DNA of 64,000 nt from Nemertoderma westbladi (GCA_032718475.1 JAUCBJ010004498.1:5280-69279), one strand, 5' to 3'. Counted from the stretch's first letter, positions 24,009 to 36,465 are shown. Notes: a model not told the origin generated them from the sequence alone. Made by a program: numbers and translations.

Positions 24009-25545
24009 CTACTACTACTAGGATCGGCATGCTGCATTGCAGCTGCATTTTTAAGAATGCTGTGCCGGCTTGTCGACAAAATTGCGCCACCACAACTTCC
24101 TATCACCCATGACATTTGCTAGATCATCCGCATCTTCAAAGCCAGTATCCTTTAAGATGCGTCTCAAGAAAGTCATGGGCTGTCCACCATGCTTATTCAC
24201 TTCATGAGGCTGCCAAAGTACAAGATTATGCACTGGCTGGTCCTCACGGCGAAAGCAATGTCCTGCAAAGCGGAGGCGATTTTGTTCTAGTGTCAAGCTT
24301 GGGGGAACCAATGAGACACCTCCAATGTTATATAGTGTCTGGTTGGAGATGTGTGCATTGTACTTGACACAATGAACCCGGCGTAGCATTCTTGTGAATG
24401 TGCCATCCAGAGATTTGGTGTCCTCAGCAGTTAGAGCCCAAAATGGACTCCCATAGAGGAGTACTGGAACTACTGCTGCTCTAAATAATCGGACCTTAAG
24501 TATCCGATTAATTCTCGGTGACTTCCAAATCCTGGAGAGAATATTCAAGGGTGCCCATGCCTTTCCCTTACGTATTCGAAGGACCTCACCTGACTTCCGG
24601 ATCCATGATCCCAGGTAACAGAAATCGTCCACATGCTCAAGCATACCATCCATTGAACATATGCTCATCCGATCAGAGACTTGCTGAGGACTTTTAAAGT
24701 TAACTGTGAAAATTTTGGTCTTTCTGGAGTTAATAAAAAGACCAACACTAGAAGCAGCATGTTCTAATGAGCTGAGGAGCCGTTGGGCTCCCTCTAGTGA
24801 TTCTGAGAGTACTCCTAAGTCATCAGCAAAGTCTAGATCAGTTAGGTACTTGGCAGGATTTCCTTGACTTCTGGATCCAGTAGGTGGAGTTATCATCACC
24901 CCATCATCATTATGATGATCTAAGGGCATGCGTAGAACATAGTCAACCACAATTATGAACAAGAATGGTGCAAGTGTGTCTCCCTGGAGGACGCCCCATA
25001 ACACTTCAAATGGTTCTGTGTCACCGTCAACAGTAGACACAATAATGTTGTCGAACCATCATATACTGATCTGATTGCTGCAATAATTTCATCAGGAATC
25101 CCATATAATGAAAGTATGCTGAACATACGTGAGCAAGAGACTGAATCAAAGGACTTAAAGAAGTCAACAAAGATAACAGCCAGATGCCTGTCTTTCTTTT
25201 TGATAACTCTTCAATTATCCTTCTAAGTGCCAAAATGGGCTCCATGGTCCTACGACCTTTACGGAACCCATTCTGATTTCCACGGAGCAGTTTCTCAATG
25301 GGATCCCTGATGCGATTTAATAGAATTCTATTGTATAGCTTTGCAGCAATAGAGATCAATGAGATTCCCCGAAAAGAACCATAGAGTGTTAGGTTGCCCT
25401 TCTTGGGAACTGGCACCAACTTATTTGTTTTCATTTCTTGTGGGACTCTTGTTGTTCGGTACATGTATGCTATGATGGGATAGATAAGCTTTAAACACTC
25501 AGGTATTTTAAAGACCTCAGGGGGAACACCATCTACTCCACTGGC
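24008..25545 (-). mobile_element. 5'-truncated RTE-clade LINE (family A), RT domain with frameshifts and (TAG)n tail
   Basis: Motifs PVPKKGNL, QNGFRKGR, GVLQGDTLAPFLF, DLDFADD, YLGSWI and LRFAGHC. Tail CTACTACTACTA at ~24009-24020. Confidence 0.92.
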
Positions 25546-26555
25546 CAGTGTCCTTTAAGATGCGTCTCAAGAAAGTCATGGGCTGTCCACCATGTTTATT
25601 CGCTCCATGAGGAGCCAAAATACCGCATTACACACTGGCTGGTCCCCACAGTGAAAGCAATGTCCTGCAAAGCGGAGGCGGTTCCGTTCAAGTGTCAAGC
25701 TAGGGGAGATTAATGGAAGACCTCCAATGTTGTATAGAGTCTGATTGGAGATGTGTTCATTGTACTTGACACAATGAACCCGACGCAGCATTCTTGTTAA
25801 AGTGCCATCCGGAGATTTGGTATCCTCTGCAGTTAGAGCCCAGCATGGACTCCCATATAAGAGTACTGGTACTACTGCTGTCATAAATAATCGAATATTA
25901 ATGTTCCGTTTAATTCTATGGGACTTCCAAATTCTGGACAGACTATTTAACGCTGCCCATGCCTTTCCCTTACGTATCCGAAGGTCTTCACCAGACTTTC
26001 TGATCCATGATCACAAGTAGCCGAAGTCATCCACGTGCTCAAGCAAGCCATCCTTAGAGCTTATGCCCTTACGATCAGACATTTCTCGGGGGCTGTCTAG
26101 GTTGACTGTCATGATTTTGATTTTCTTGGAATTTACAAAAAGACCAACACTAGAAGCAACCTGTTCCAATGAGCAGAGGAGAATTTGGATTCCCTCTAGA
26201 GATTCTGACAGTACCCTTAAGTTATCAGTAAAGTATAGATCAGTAAGGTACTTTGAGGGATTTCCTCTACTTCTTGTGCCAGTGTTACCATCACCCCATC
26301 TTTATTAAGATGGTCTAAGAACATGCGTAGAACATAGTCAACCACAATTATTATTAAAGTGTGTCTCCCTGGAGGACGCCCGATAACACTTCAAATGGTT
26401 CTGTGTCACCATCAACAGTAGACACAAATGTGGCGGAACCTTCGTACAGTGATCGGATAGCTGTAATACCTTCCTCAGGAATCCCATATTCTGCCAGTAC
26501 GCTGAACATACGTGGTTGGGAGACTGAGTCGAAGGCTTTAAAGAAGTCAACAAGG
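25546..26555 (-). mobile_element. Second, more decayed RTE family A fragment
   Basis: Motifs VDFFKAFDSV, STVDGDTEPFEVLSGVLQGDTL, VPVLLYGSPCWALT and RLRFAGHC. Abuts the previous copy head-to-tail. Confidence 0.88.
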
Positions 26556-26806
26556 ATAATAATAGCCATAAGAAAGCTAATGAATTGAGAAGGCATCAAT
26601 TAAAAAAACAATTCAAGCAAATTAAAGAAACTCAATTCTAACTAATTATAATGGTCAAAATTATGGAAGTTCCATTAAAAGATTTATATTTATCTTCAAA
26701 TGCATCAATCAATGCTCTTAAGAATTTTAGCAAAATCAAGTTCCAAATCATTGAACCAATACTAGAATGCCATTTTCCACAAAGTAAAACGATTCTAATC
26801 AACAGG

Positions 26807-28276
26807 CTACAGTCGTGATACGGCATTAATGTTGTACTGTTTAGGAAGGAAAGTAAATCCAGGTTGTATGTCAGTTAAGCTTGGTAAACCGTCATCCGTA
26901 GCAATCCAACTGAACCGATGTAACAGATGACTCGCCATTATCCTTAACTCCATCTTCGCGAGTTTCTCTCCCAAACAAATTCGAGGCCCTATTCCAAAAG
27001 GAATAAATTCCGGTTTGATTATTAAACTGTTTCCGTCATCAGACAGGAAATGTTCCGGGTAAAATTCGTCTGGTTTTTTCCAGGCTTGTGGGTCTCTCAT
27101 TGTCGCCCAGATGTTGGCGAAAATCATGACATCCTGAGGAATGGTGTATCCACGGAACTCTTCGTCCTTATGGCAACAATGTCCAACACTTTGGGGTACA
27201 ACTGACGCAAAACGCAAGGTCTCAAACAAACATGCATCCAGATAGGGTATCTTAATAACATCATTTAATTTTGGCATCCGGTCCCTTCCAACAGCTTCAT
27301 CTAGAAGTCGTTGACATTTCTTCTGTATGACGGGATAAGTAGCCATTATCAATATAAACCAATAAAGACTAGAGGCAGTCGTTTCTGTTCCAGCCATGAA
27401 GAGATCTCTAACGTTCATAACAAGATTGGAATCATCAAAATATTTGGCATTTGAATCCTTCGCCTCCAAAAGGTTGTGTTCTTTCATAATGTGTGCATCA
27501 ATGAAATCTCTTGGAGACTCCTCAAAATCAATTGTTTCTTTGTGATCATTTATAATGGCCTTTAGTTTTGCCTCCAATTGTCTCATGCACCGTAATATTG
27601 TTGAGTAGTAGCTATTTGGAAACTTTTTGGCAATTCTACGTGGAACCAAAGCTCCTATGCCAGGTGACACGTTTCTAACCACTGAGGAAACACGGTTTAA
27701 AAGGTCCTCAAAGTCCTCATCATTGTATTTGAATCGGTCCAGAAACACAATTGAACAAATTACATTGGAAACTGCCTTCGTAAAAAAAGAGAAAGTATCA
27801 AATTTACCATGGGTAGGTATCGCTTCACAGAGCATCTCAGCTTCACAAAAAACTCTTTCCTCGAAACTTTTGCTTCCCAGACCCAATTCTCGGAGAATAG
27901 AGTGCGTAAACTTCCGTTGCTGGGTCCAATGCGCACCGCTACTCTGTAGAACTCCTCCTACTGCCAGACTTGAGATCCGCTGTCGGTTTGAGAACTTGTG
28001 TTTGTTGTCAACGAAAGCCTCTGTAATACATGACAACGTGTTCAAGATAATAAGAGATACATGTCCGACCCGGACACGTATAATATCAGAGTTGATCTCT
28101 TCCGACCATTTTTTGAACTGATAAACCATTCCTCGTTTCCTCATCGACAATGCGTTGCCTAGCAGAGGGATTCCTGGAGGCGAAGGGGGCAACTTTCCTA
28201 CATGTTTCCATGTTGACCAGATGTAAATCACTATGGTTACAAAACAAAACAATGCAATAGCGTAGGGATCAAACAT
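26807..28276 (-). CDS. Cytochrome P450, CYP2 clan, intronless (copy 1)
   Basis: N-terminal TM anchor, PPSPPGIP hinge, WTQQR, AGTETT (I helix), ETLR, PEHF and the FGIGPRICLG heme motif. ATG at 28276 chosen by analogy with paralog MFDCY; an alternative ATG is at 28288. Confidence 0.96.
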   Translation of the reverse strand: MFDPYAIALFCFVTIVIYIWSTWKHVGKLPPSPPGIPLLGNALSMRKRGMVYQFKKWSEEINSDIIRVRVGHVSLIILNTLSCITEAFVDNKHKFSNRQRISSLAVGGVLQSSGAHWTQQRKFTHSILRELGLGSKSFEERVFCEAEMLCEAIPTHGKFDTFSFFTKAVSNVICSIVFLDRFKYNDEDFEDLLNRVSSVVRNVSPGIGALVPRRIAKKFPNSYYSTILRCMRQLEAKLKAIINDHKETIDFEESPRDFIDAHIMKEHNLLEAKDSNAKYFDDSNLVMNVRDLFMAGTETTASSLYWFILIMATYPVIQKKCQRLLDEAVGRDRMPKLNDVIKIPYLDACLFETLRFASVVPQSVGHCCHKDEEFRGYTIPQDVMIFANIWATMRDPQAWKKPDEFYPEHFLSDDGNSLIIKPEFIPFGIGPRICLGEKLAKMELRIMASHLLHRFSWIATDDGLPSLTDIQPGFTFLPKQYNINAVSRL

Positions 28277-29767
28277 TATACAGATCATCAAATATATAAG
28301 AAGTAAATTAGCGAATTTGGTACATTAAAAGTTAAATAAAATAATTATGAATTTATATATTATATAGTTGGGAAAATTTTACTAAATAAAATACGAGTTG
28401 TCTTGGTAAGAATTTTCATTTTTGAGAAGTGAAATAGTGATAGAAGAAGCATGCGAGTGGTCGAAATACCCCACATGTTATGGAGAAGCACATTATCTTT
28501 ACGTTCTCTTCCATGAACCAGCTGGTGCGATTCGATGTGTTGATAAGACGGATTCATGGGAAGAGCCTCATATGCTGATTAGGATTAGACTAGACGAAGG
28601 TGGATCAACAAACTCATTGTCTGTGCTTTCGGCGGAATGGAGCTTTCTATACTATTTTATTTTCTATCTATTATATTTTCATAGAATAAGACAATGGTAG
28701 TTGCCTTATCTGTTTCTGTATTCCAAACAACTATCAACCAATAGCAATGTGCTAGAATTCCTAGAATTTACCACGAATCACCCCAGAACCTACCGTGTAG
28801 AACCCCCAATGTCACTCACTGGGTTTCTACTGCATTGGCATTCAATGTGGGAAACCCCAGGGTAAACGCGGAACAAATACGGTCTGTGTTCTATACAGAG
28901 ATTAAATGAATCTTCAGTTTAGTTTATAATTCTTATCAGCGAATCAAATCAAATCAAATTAAACAATGGCAATATTATTTTTATTATATATGAATTTTCG
29001 GACAAAGTTCACGTAGCACAACCTCTCGACTGCCACATGTATTGCACACTACATTGTAGGTTCTGGGGTAATTCGTTATGAATTCTGGGAATTCTATCAC
29101 TTTTTAATTGGTTGATAGTGACTCACTGGCACTGCGGTCGATAAATATAAAAATGTCTTCAATCCACCCCCATTGTCTTATTCTATGAAAATAGAATAGG
29201 GGTATTGGGGTAGGAGGGTTCTGTGTGGAGAGGCGCATTCCTATCTCGTAATACTCCTAATTGTAATATTACAATTATACTAAATTTAGCAAATTTAGCT
29301 AAGGGATGGCTTGGCATGCGCCATTCCTAAAGCACAGACAATGAGGTGATTATATTCCACCGCGTCTAATCAAATCCTAATCAGCATTTCTTGCTCTGAA
29401 TCCGTCTCATCAACACATAGAATCACACCATAGGAGAACATAAAGTAGAGAATGGGTGGGGATGAGGGGGCGGGTTGGGTTGGTGGAGGTTGTGGGAGAA
29501 TATTATGCTTCTCCAACCTGGGTGGGGTTATATACCCAATACCCATTTCGACTCTAATTCGCTCAATTCTTCTATCACATATTTCAATTTTATTCCACTT
29601 ACTCACAAAAATGTAGCAGTGTCTTTACCAAGACAACTCGCATTTTATTTAGTAAAAATATCCCAACTAATTTTAATATTAATTCAACTTTTACACATAA
29701 TTATTTAGTTTATTTTTAATTCACTATATTCGCTAATTTAAATCTTAAATATTTGATGATCTGTATA

Positions 29768-31237
29768 ATGTTTGATCCCTACGCTATTGCATTGTTTTGT
29801 TTTGTAACCATCGTGATTTACATCTGGTCAACACGGAAACATGTAGGAAAGTTGCCCCCTTCGCCTCCAGGAATCCCTCTGCTAGGCAACGCTTTGTCGA
29901 TGAGGAAACAAGGAATGGTTTATCAGTTCAAAAAATGGTCGGAAGAGATCAACTCTGATATTATACGTGTCCGGGTCGGACATGTATCTCTTATTATCTT
30001 GAACACGTTGTCATGTATTACAGAGGCTTTCGTTGACAACAAACACAAGTTCTCAAATCGGCAGCGCATCTTAAGCGCACCAGTAGGAGGAGTTCTGCAG
30101 AGTAGTGGTGCGCATTGGACCCAGCAACGGAAGTTTACGCACTCTATTCTCCGAGAATTGGGTCTGGGAAGCAAAAGTTTCGAGGAAAGAGTTTTTTGTG
30201 AAGCTGAGATGCTCTGTGAAGCGATACCTACCCATGGTAAATTTGATACTTTCTCTTTTTTTACGAAGGCAGTTTCCAATGTAATTTGTTCAATTGTGTT
30301 TCTGGACCGATTCGAATACAATGATGAGGACTTTGAGGACCTTTTAAACCGTGTTTCCTCAGTGATTAGGAACGTGTCACCTGGCATAGGAGCTTTGGTT
30401 CCACGCAGAATTGCCAAAAAGTTTCGAAATAGCTACTACTCAACAATAGTGCAGTGCATGAGACAATTGGAGGCAAAACTAAAGGCCATTATAAATGATC
30501 ACAAAGAAACAATTGATTTTGAGGGGTCTCCAAGAGATTTCATTGATGCACACATTATGAAAGAACACAACCTTTTGGAGGTGAAGGATTCAAATGCCAA
30601 ATATTTTGATGATTCCAATCTTGTTATGAACGTTAGAGATCTCTTTATAGCTGGAACAGAAACGACTGCCTCTAGTCTTTATTGGTTTATATTGATAATG
30701 GCTACTTATCCCGACATACAGAAGAAATGTCAACGACTTCTAGATGAAGCTGTTGGAAGGGACCGGATGCCAAAATTGAATGATGTTATTAAGATACCCT
30801 ATCTGGATGCATGTTTGTTTGAGACCCTGCGTTTTGCGTCAGTTGTACCCCAAAGTGTTGGGCATTGTTGCCATAAGGACGAAGAGTTCCGTGGATACAC
30901 CATTCCTCAGGATGTCATGATGTTCGCCAACATCTGGGCGACCTTGAGAGACCCGCGAGCCTGGAAAAAACCTGATGAATTTTACCCGGAACATTTCCTC
31001 TCTGATGACGGAAACAGTTTAATAATCAAACCGGAATTTATTCCTTTCGGAATAGGGCCTCGAATTTGTTTGGGAGAGAAACTCGCAAAGATGGAGTTAA
31101 GGATAATGGCGAGTCATCTGTTACACCGGTTCAGTTGGATTGCTACGGATGACGGTTTACCAAGTTTAACTGACATACAACCTGGATTTACTTTCCTTCC
31201 TAAACAGTACAACATTAATGCCGTATCACGACTGTAG
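29768..31237 (+). CDS. Cytochrome P450, CYP2 clan, intronless (copy 2, inverted duplicate of copy 1)
   Basis: Same motifs as copy 1 and differs from it at under 20 residues. Alternative ATG at 29756. Confidence 0.96.
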   Translation: MFDPYAIALFCFVTIVIYIWSTRKHVGKLPPSPPGIPLLGNALSMRKQGMVYQFKKWSEEINSDIIRVRVGHVSLIILNTLSCITEAFVDNKHKFSNRQRILSAPVGGVLQSSGAHWTQQRKFTHSILRELGLGSKSFEERVFCEAEMLCEAIPTHGKFDTFSFFTKAVSNVICSIVFLDRFEYNDEDFEDLLNRVSSVIRNVSPGIGALVPRRIAKKFRNSYYSTIVQCMRQLEAKLKAIINDHKETIDFEGSPRDFIDAHIMKEHNLLEVKDSNAKYFDDSNLVMNVRDLFIAGTETTASSLYWFILIMATYPDIQKKCQRLLDEAVGRDRMPKLNDVIKIPYLDACLFETLRFASVVPQSVGHCCHKDEEFRGYTIPQDVMMFANIWATLRDPRAWKKPDEFYPEHFLSDDGNSLIIKPEFIPFGIGPRICLGEKLAKMELRIMASHLLHRFSWIATDDGLPSLTDIQPGFTFLPKQYNINAVSRL

Positions 31238-31949
31238 CTGTTTATTTTTGAATCGTTTTACTTTGTGGAAAATGGCATTCTAGTATTGGTTCAATGATTT
31301 GGAACTTGATTTTACTAAAATTCTTAAGAGCATTGATTCATGCAATTGAAGATAAATATTTAATGGAACATCCATAATTTTGACCATTATAATTATTTAA
31401 ATTTTAATTGTTGATTTGTTGACTTGTTTTTATAATTAATGCATACTCAACTCAACTTAGTTGTGTTATTGTTTGTTCAATTAGATATAAGATTTCATTA
31501 CATTGGCATTAATTTTCTTTCGAATTTCTTAGTTTAGTTATCTACTCTAAGTTCCAATCACTATGTTCCATGATTTGAAATACATTTTTTCATTATGTTC
31601 CCATTAGTTTATCATTAGTTCAGGTCCCCGTACGAATATACATCCACCCCAACACCATAATTTATCATTTACCCCAAAACATCTTTATTTATGGTTTAAG
31701 GCTGCACAAATTTTTAAAAACAAAAATAGAGCATGTGGAATCAGGGTTATTTTTAATATATCTTTAATTATTATGATAATGGACCTGCCATGGCAAAGGA
31801 CAATAACTACAAATACTAAACTATTGTTGACCTTGACACTATGCCTTGAATGATATGCCACCTGCACTGAACCACAACAAAACATGACACCAGAGGGTCA
31901 ACATATCATGACATGAGATTTACAAGTATACAGCAGTACCACAAAATAG

Positions 31950-33170
31950 CCACAACTTCCCATCACCCATGACATTTACTGGATCCCCCGCATCTCCAAG
32001 GCCAGTGTCCTTTAAGAGGGGTCTCAAGAAAGTCATGGGCACCGATTTATTCTAAGGGACTTACAAACACTTGACAGACTATTCGATGCTGCCCATGCCT
32101 TCCCCTTACGTATCCGAAGGTCCTCCCTCACCTGCCTTTCGGATCCTTGATCCCAAGTAGCAGAAGTGATCCACGTGTTCAAATAAGCCATTCCTGGAGC
32201 TTATGCTCATACGATCAGACATTTCCTGAGGGTTGTCAAAGTTCACTGTCAAAATTTGGGTTTTCTGGTATTTTATAAAGTGACCACTACTTTTCATAGG
32301 CTCGTCCAATGAAAAGAGGAGCCTTTGGTCTCCCTCCAGTGATTCGGACAGTACTCCTAGGTCATCGACAAAGTCTATCTCAGCAAGGTACATGGCTGGA
32401 TTTTATCTACTTAATGTGCCAGTTGGGGGCGTTTGCATAACCCCATCTATATTAAGGTGGTATAAGGACATGCGAAGAACATAATCCACCACAATTTTGA
32501 ATAAGAATGGTGCAAGTGAGTCACCCTAATACACTCCCCTTTATACTTTTAATGGATCTGTGTTACCATCAATAGTAAACACAAATGTTGTGGAACCATC
32601 GTACAGTTATCCCATAGCTGCAATAATTCCCTCAGAAATAATATGCTGCAAGTATGCTGAACATACATGGTCCGGAGACTGAATCGAAGGCCTTAAAGAA
32701 GTCAACAAAAATAACAGCTTGACGAATGTCATTCTTTGTTGATAACTTTTCAATTATCCTTCGAAAGTTATTTGTTTTCATTTCTTGACGGACTCTCATG
32801 TCTATGGCAATTGGGTGAATGAAATCCCAAAACTCAGAAATGTTAAAAACCTCTGGGAGAACGCCATCTACACCACTGTCACGATTGGTCGTGATGCCCT
32901 TTGCAACAGTCTTATATTTCAGCAAGTGAGACGTCACCAATAATGGGGACATCTATGAGCACAGATTCAGACACAAGATGCACCACAAAGTTATCAGGCA
33001 ATATCCTGTCATTGTTTAGGAGTTTCTCAAAGTGAGACTTCCTATCATTGAGGCTTTCAGTTCGAGATCCTGCAGGAGCTGATTGGTACGTTTCGTCCTG
33101 CACAGGTGGCTTTCTAAAGTAGCTGAGTCGGAATATGGCAATATAGTGAAAGTACCAAAGGGACACTGAT
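31950..33170 (-). mobile_element. Third decayed RTE family A copy
   Basis: Motifs SGVDGVLPEVF, VIFVDFFKAFDSV, EIDFVDDLGVLSESLEG and HFCYLGS; deletions and stops. Confidence 0.85.
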
Positions 33171-33349
33171 TGTGGAAATGAGATCCCTCCAGTCTTCTCG
33201 ATTCTTTATAGTTGTCGCGATCCTTTTCACAATTTTCGCGTTTCACAATCCTTTGAAGTTGGTCTATATTATACTGTATGTCATAGTCGCCACTTTACTA
33301 TGCCTTACTTGTGTTGGTTGTCAGAAATGTAGATCTGATGCACCTCGTG

Positions 33350-34100
33350 TTTGCTTCTCCCACTGAGTCGTATTCTGTGACAACGGAGGGTGGTTGATAC
33401 ACAGGTGATATTGTACTATAAACCTCGGCGTTTGTTATGTGTTGTCTCCAGCTGATGTTTACGGCTGCCCTTAATGGTCTTGTATAGCAACCATCAATTC
33501 ATTGTTCAAATGATTTTGCCACTGTCCAGGTCTCACCCCAGTATAAAAGTAAATTTTCCACTGTGGCTCGAAAGAACTTAGTCTTCAGGTGCTGGAGAGA
33601 TCTGATTTCCAGATGGTATCCATTTTTGATAGAGCTACCCAAGCCGTTGCTTTCCTAACAACTTCTATGTCCTTTTTGCTACTCTCTATCCATGATCCAA
33701 GGTACTGGAGGTCATCGACCTTCCTTAGTTGATTATTATCAATGGTTGTCAAGTTTCCATCAACATTAAAGGTCATGAACTCGGTCTTGGTAGCATTTAT
33801 ATGCAATCCAACCTCCTTAGCAGCCCTCTCCACTTTATTTAGTAGAAGCTGTGCATCTGCTAGCGTATTAGAGAGCAGGGCGATGTCATCCACAAAGCCG
33901 GTGTCTGTGACTGTAGTTGCCGGATATCTACTACTATCTACTACGTTCTTGTAATGTCAATCCCAGATCTTATCCCTTTGTGCCGTCCTCACTGCATAAT
34001 ATGCGCCAATATGTCACCTTGCAGTACGCCCCAGGATTGAGAAGAACTCAGTTTCACCACCTGGTGAGAGTACTGTACCTGCGCTTCTGTGTCAATAGAA
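33350..34100 (-). mobile_element. RTE family B fragment
   Basis: DDIALLSNTLADAQLLL...YLGSWIESSKKDIEV; very similar to 60480-61220. Confidence 0.88.
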
Positions 34101-34793
34101 TGCAATAAAGTGAAGTACTAAAGCAAAGGGACCCAATCGCACCCACCCCCCTCCCCACCCACAAAAGGGATACATCTTTATTTATATTTAATTTTTGAAG
34201 AAAAAAAAATAAATATCAACATAAATTATAAGAACTGTAACAATAAGCATGGGGGGTTCGAAAATAGTTTTATGCAAAATTGACGATAAATCAAAGTATT
34301 TATAAATAAATCGACGTACTGTATTTATGTAAACATAAGTGCATGGCAATGTTTGATCTTATATGACTAGAGTTATACAAACACAATTTTCCTGATTAAG
34401 CCACGTTTTCGTTTTAGCTGCATATAACGGTATCTGGCTGCAAGTGCCGCTACCGTTGCCATAAATCCAACAATTCCTAGCAGCTGTAAACCGCTAGACA
34501 GAAATGTTAGCAGAAAAGCTGCGATTTTAGAAAGAATACCACCTTATCATATTTAGTATCAAACACCACATCTACTATCCCAGAGTGTGAATAAAATTGT
34601 ACGTACGTTATAAGCTTGAAGATTTAACTTGTACGTTTATTTTTTTTCGTGGAATGTTTCTCGTAAAAGTCCTCGTAATAATCTAATAAAAATAATCTAA
34701 TAATATAATATATATAATATAATATTATAATAACATTTTTCCTTTTCATTATTCATTTCAGTCAGACGACCTGTACAAGTTCAGGACACACAC

Positions 34794-36254
34794 ATGTTTG
34801 ACTGCTACACGATCGCCTTATTCGCTCTGGTATCTGTCGCTGTTTACAAATGGTTGACAAGGAAACATTTACCTCCATCGCCTCCAGGAATCCCTCTGCT
34901 TGGCAACGCAATATCAATGAGGAAACAAGGAATGGTTTATCAGTTCAAGAAGTGGTCGCGAAATATGAAATCCGACATCATTCGAGTAAAGATAGGACAC
35001 GTAACTCTTATAGTCTTGAACACGGTGTCATGCATTACCGAGGCGTTTGTTGAGAATAAACACAAGTTCTCGAATCGACAACGTATCACTAAATTGTCAA
35101 CCGGTGGAATTGTTCAAAATAGTGGGATCGGTTGGGTTCACCAGCGGAAATTCACAAACTCCGTACTGCGAGAGTTGGTTTTCAGGAGCAAGAACTTTAA
35201 AGATCGAATATATTGCGAAACCCAGACCCTTTGTGAAGAAGTTCCAGTTTCGAACAAATTTGATCCGTTTACTCTATTCACAAAGGCAGTTTCCAATGTT
35301 ATTTGTTCTATTGTATTTCTGGAACGATTTGAATACAACGATAAGAAATTCGAGGATCTCTTAAATCGAATAAATTATATAATTCGAAATGTGTCTCCTG
35401 GGATTGGGGCTCTGATTCCTCGAAGCTTTGCCTTGATGTTCCCAAACAGTTATCACAGTAGAATAAAACGATACATGCGACAACTAGAAACAAAGATACA
35501 AGAGCACATCGAGGAACACAGGGCGACTATTGATATTCAAGGGTCGCCGAGAGATTTCATTGATTCACATATCATGAAAGAGCATAATCTGATTATGGCT
35601 GAAAATGCGGCTGCAAAATATTTCAATGATGCCAATCTCGTTTTAAATATTAGAGATCTATTCATGGCTGGAACAGAAACGACAGCATCTAGTCTTTATT
35701 GGTTTATATTGATAATGGCTACTTATCCCGACATACAGAAGAAATGTCAACGACTTCTAGATGAAGCTGTTGGAAGGGACAGGATGCCGTTGTGTGACGA
35801 CGTTATTAAGATCCCCTATTTTGATGCGTGTTTGTTTGAAACCCTGCGTTTCGCGTCTGTAGTACCACAGAGCATCGGGCATTGTTGTTACAAGGATGAA
35901 GAGATTGGTGGATACACTATTCCTCAAAATGTTATGATAATTGCCAACATCTGGGCGACTTTGAGAGACCCACAAGTGTGGAAAAAACCAGACGAATTTT
36001 ACCCGGAACATTTCATGTCCGACGACGGAAACAGTTTAGTAATCAAACCGGAATTTATTCCTTTCGGAATAGGGCCTCGAATTTGTTTGGGAGAGAAACT
36101 CGCGAAGATGGAGTTAAGAATAATGGCGAGTCATCTGTTACACCGGTTCAGTTGGATTGTTACGGATGACGGCTTACCAAGTTTAACTGACATACAACCT
36201 GGATTTACTTTCCTTCCTAAACAGTACAACATTAATGCAATATCGAGATTATAA
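34794..36254 (+). CDS. Cytochrome P450, CYP2 clan, intronless CDS (copy 3)
   Basis: 486 aa with AGTETT, ETLR, PEHF and FGIGPRICLG. A pyrimidine-rich acceptor CATTTCAG ends at 34760, suggesting a 5'UTR intron. Confidence 0.96.
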   Translation: MFDCYTIALFALVSVAVYKWLTRKHLPPSPPGIPLLGNAISMRKQGMVYQFKKWSRNMKSDIIRVKIGHVTLIVLNTVSCITEAFVENKHKFSNRQRITKLSTGGIVQNSGIGWVHQRKFTNSVLRELVFRSKNFKDRIYCETQTLCEEVPVSNKFDPFTLFTKAVSNVICSIVFLERFEYNDKKFEDLLNRINYIIRNVSPGIGALIPRSFALMFPNSYHSRIKRYMRQLETKIQEHIEEHRATIDIQGSPRDFIDSHIMKEHNLIMAENAAAKYFNDANLVLNIRDLFMAGTETTASSLYWFILIMATYPDIQKKCQRLLDEAVGRDRMPLCDDVIKIPYFDACLFETLRFASVVPQSIGHCCYKDEEIGGYTIPQNVMIIANIWATLRDPQVWKKPDEFYPEHFMSDDGNSLVIKPEFIPFGIGPRICLGEKLAKMELRIMASHLLHRFSWIVTDDGLPSLTDIQPGFTFLPKQYNINAISRL

Positions 36255-36394
36255 CCTGCTACAGTAAGTCGCCATGACCTGCTTCTAAATCAGTTTTAAA
36301 GCGGAAACAGATATTGTACGCAATTTACGAGTCGAGCATTAATAAAATAACTACAACCCCGTAAAACTAACGGAAGTCTAATTACTTTTACAAG

Positions 36395-36465
36395 GTGTCA
36401 CTGAAGCTGTGAAGCGCGCTGGCTTGAAAGCTAGAAGTCGAGGGTTCAAATTCAATCAGCAGTGT
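36395..36465 (+). mobile_element. Degenerate tRNA-derived SINE head
   Basis: GCGCGCTGGCTTGAAAGCTAGAAGTCGAGGGTTCAAATTC: B-box-like GGTTCAAAT after an anticodon-arm-like hairpin. Confidence 0.4.

Noticed and set aside
27627-30417. 164-aa antisense ORFs in both twin P450s
   Set aside because: Shadow frames of the P450 CDS, shared only because the genes are duplicates.
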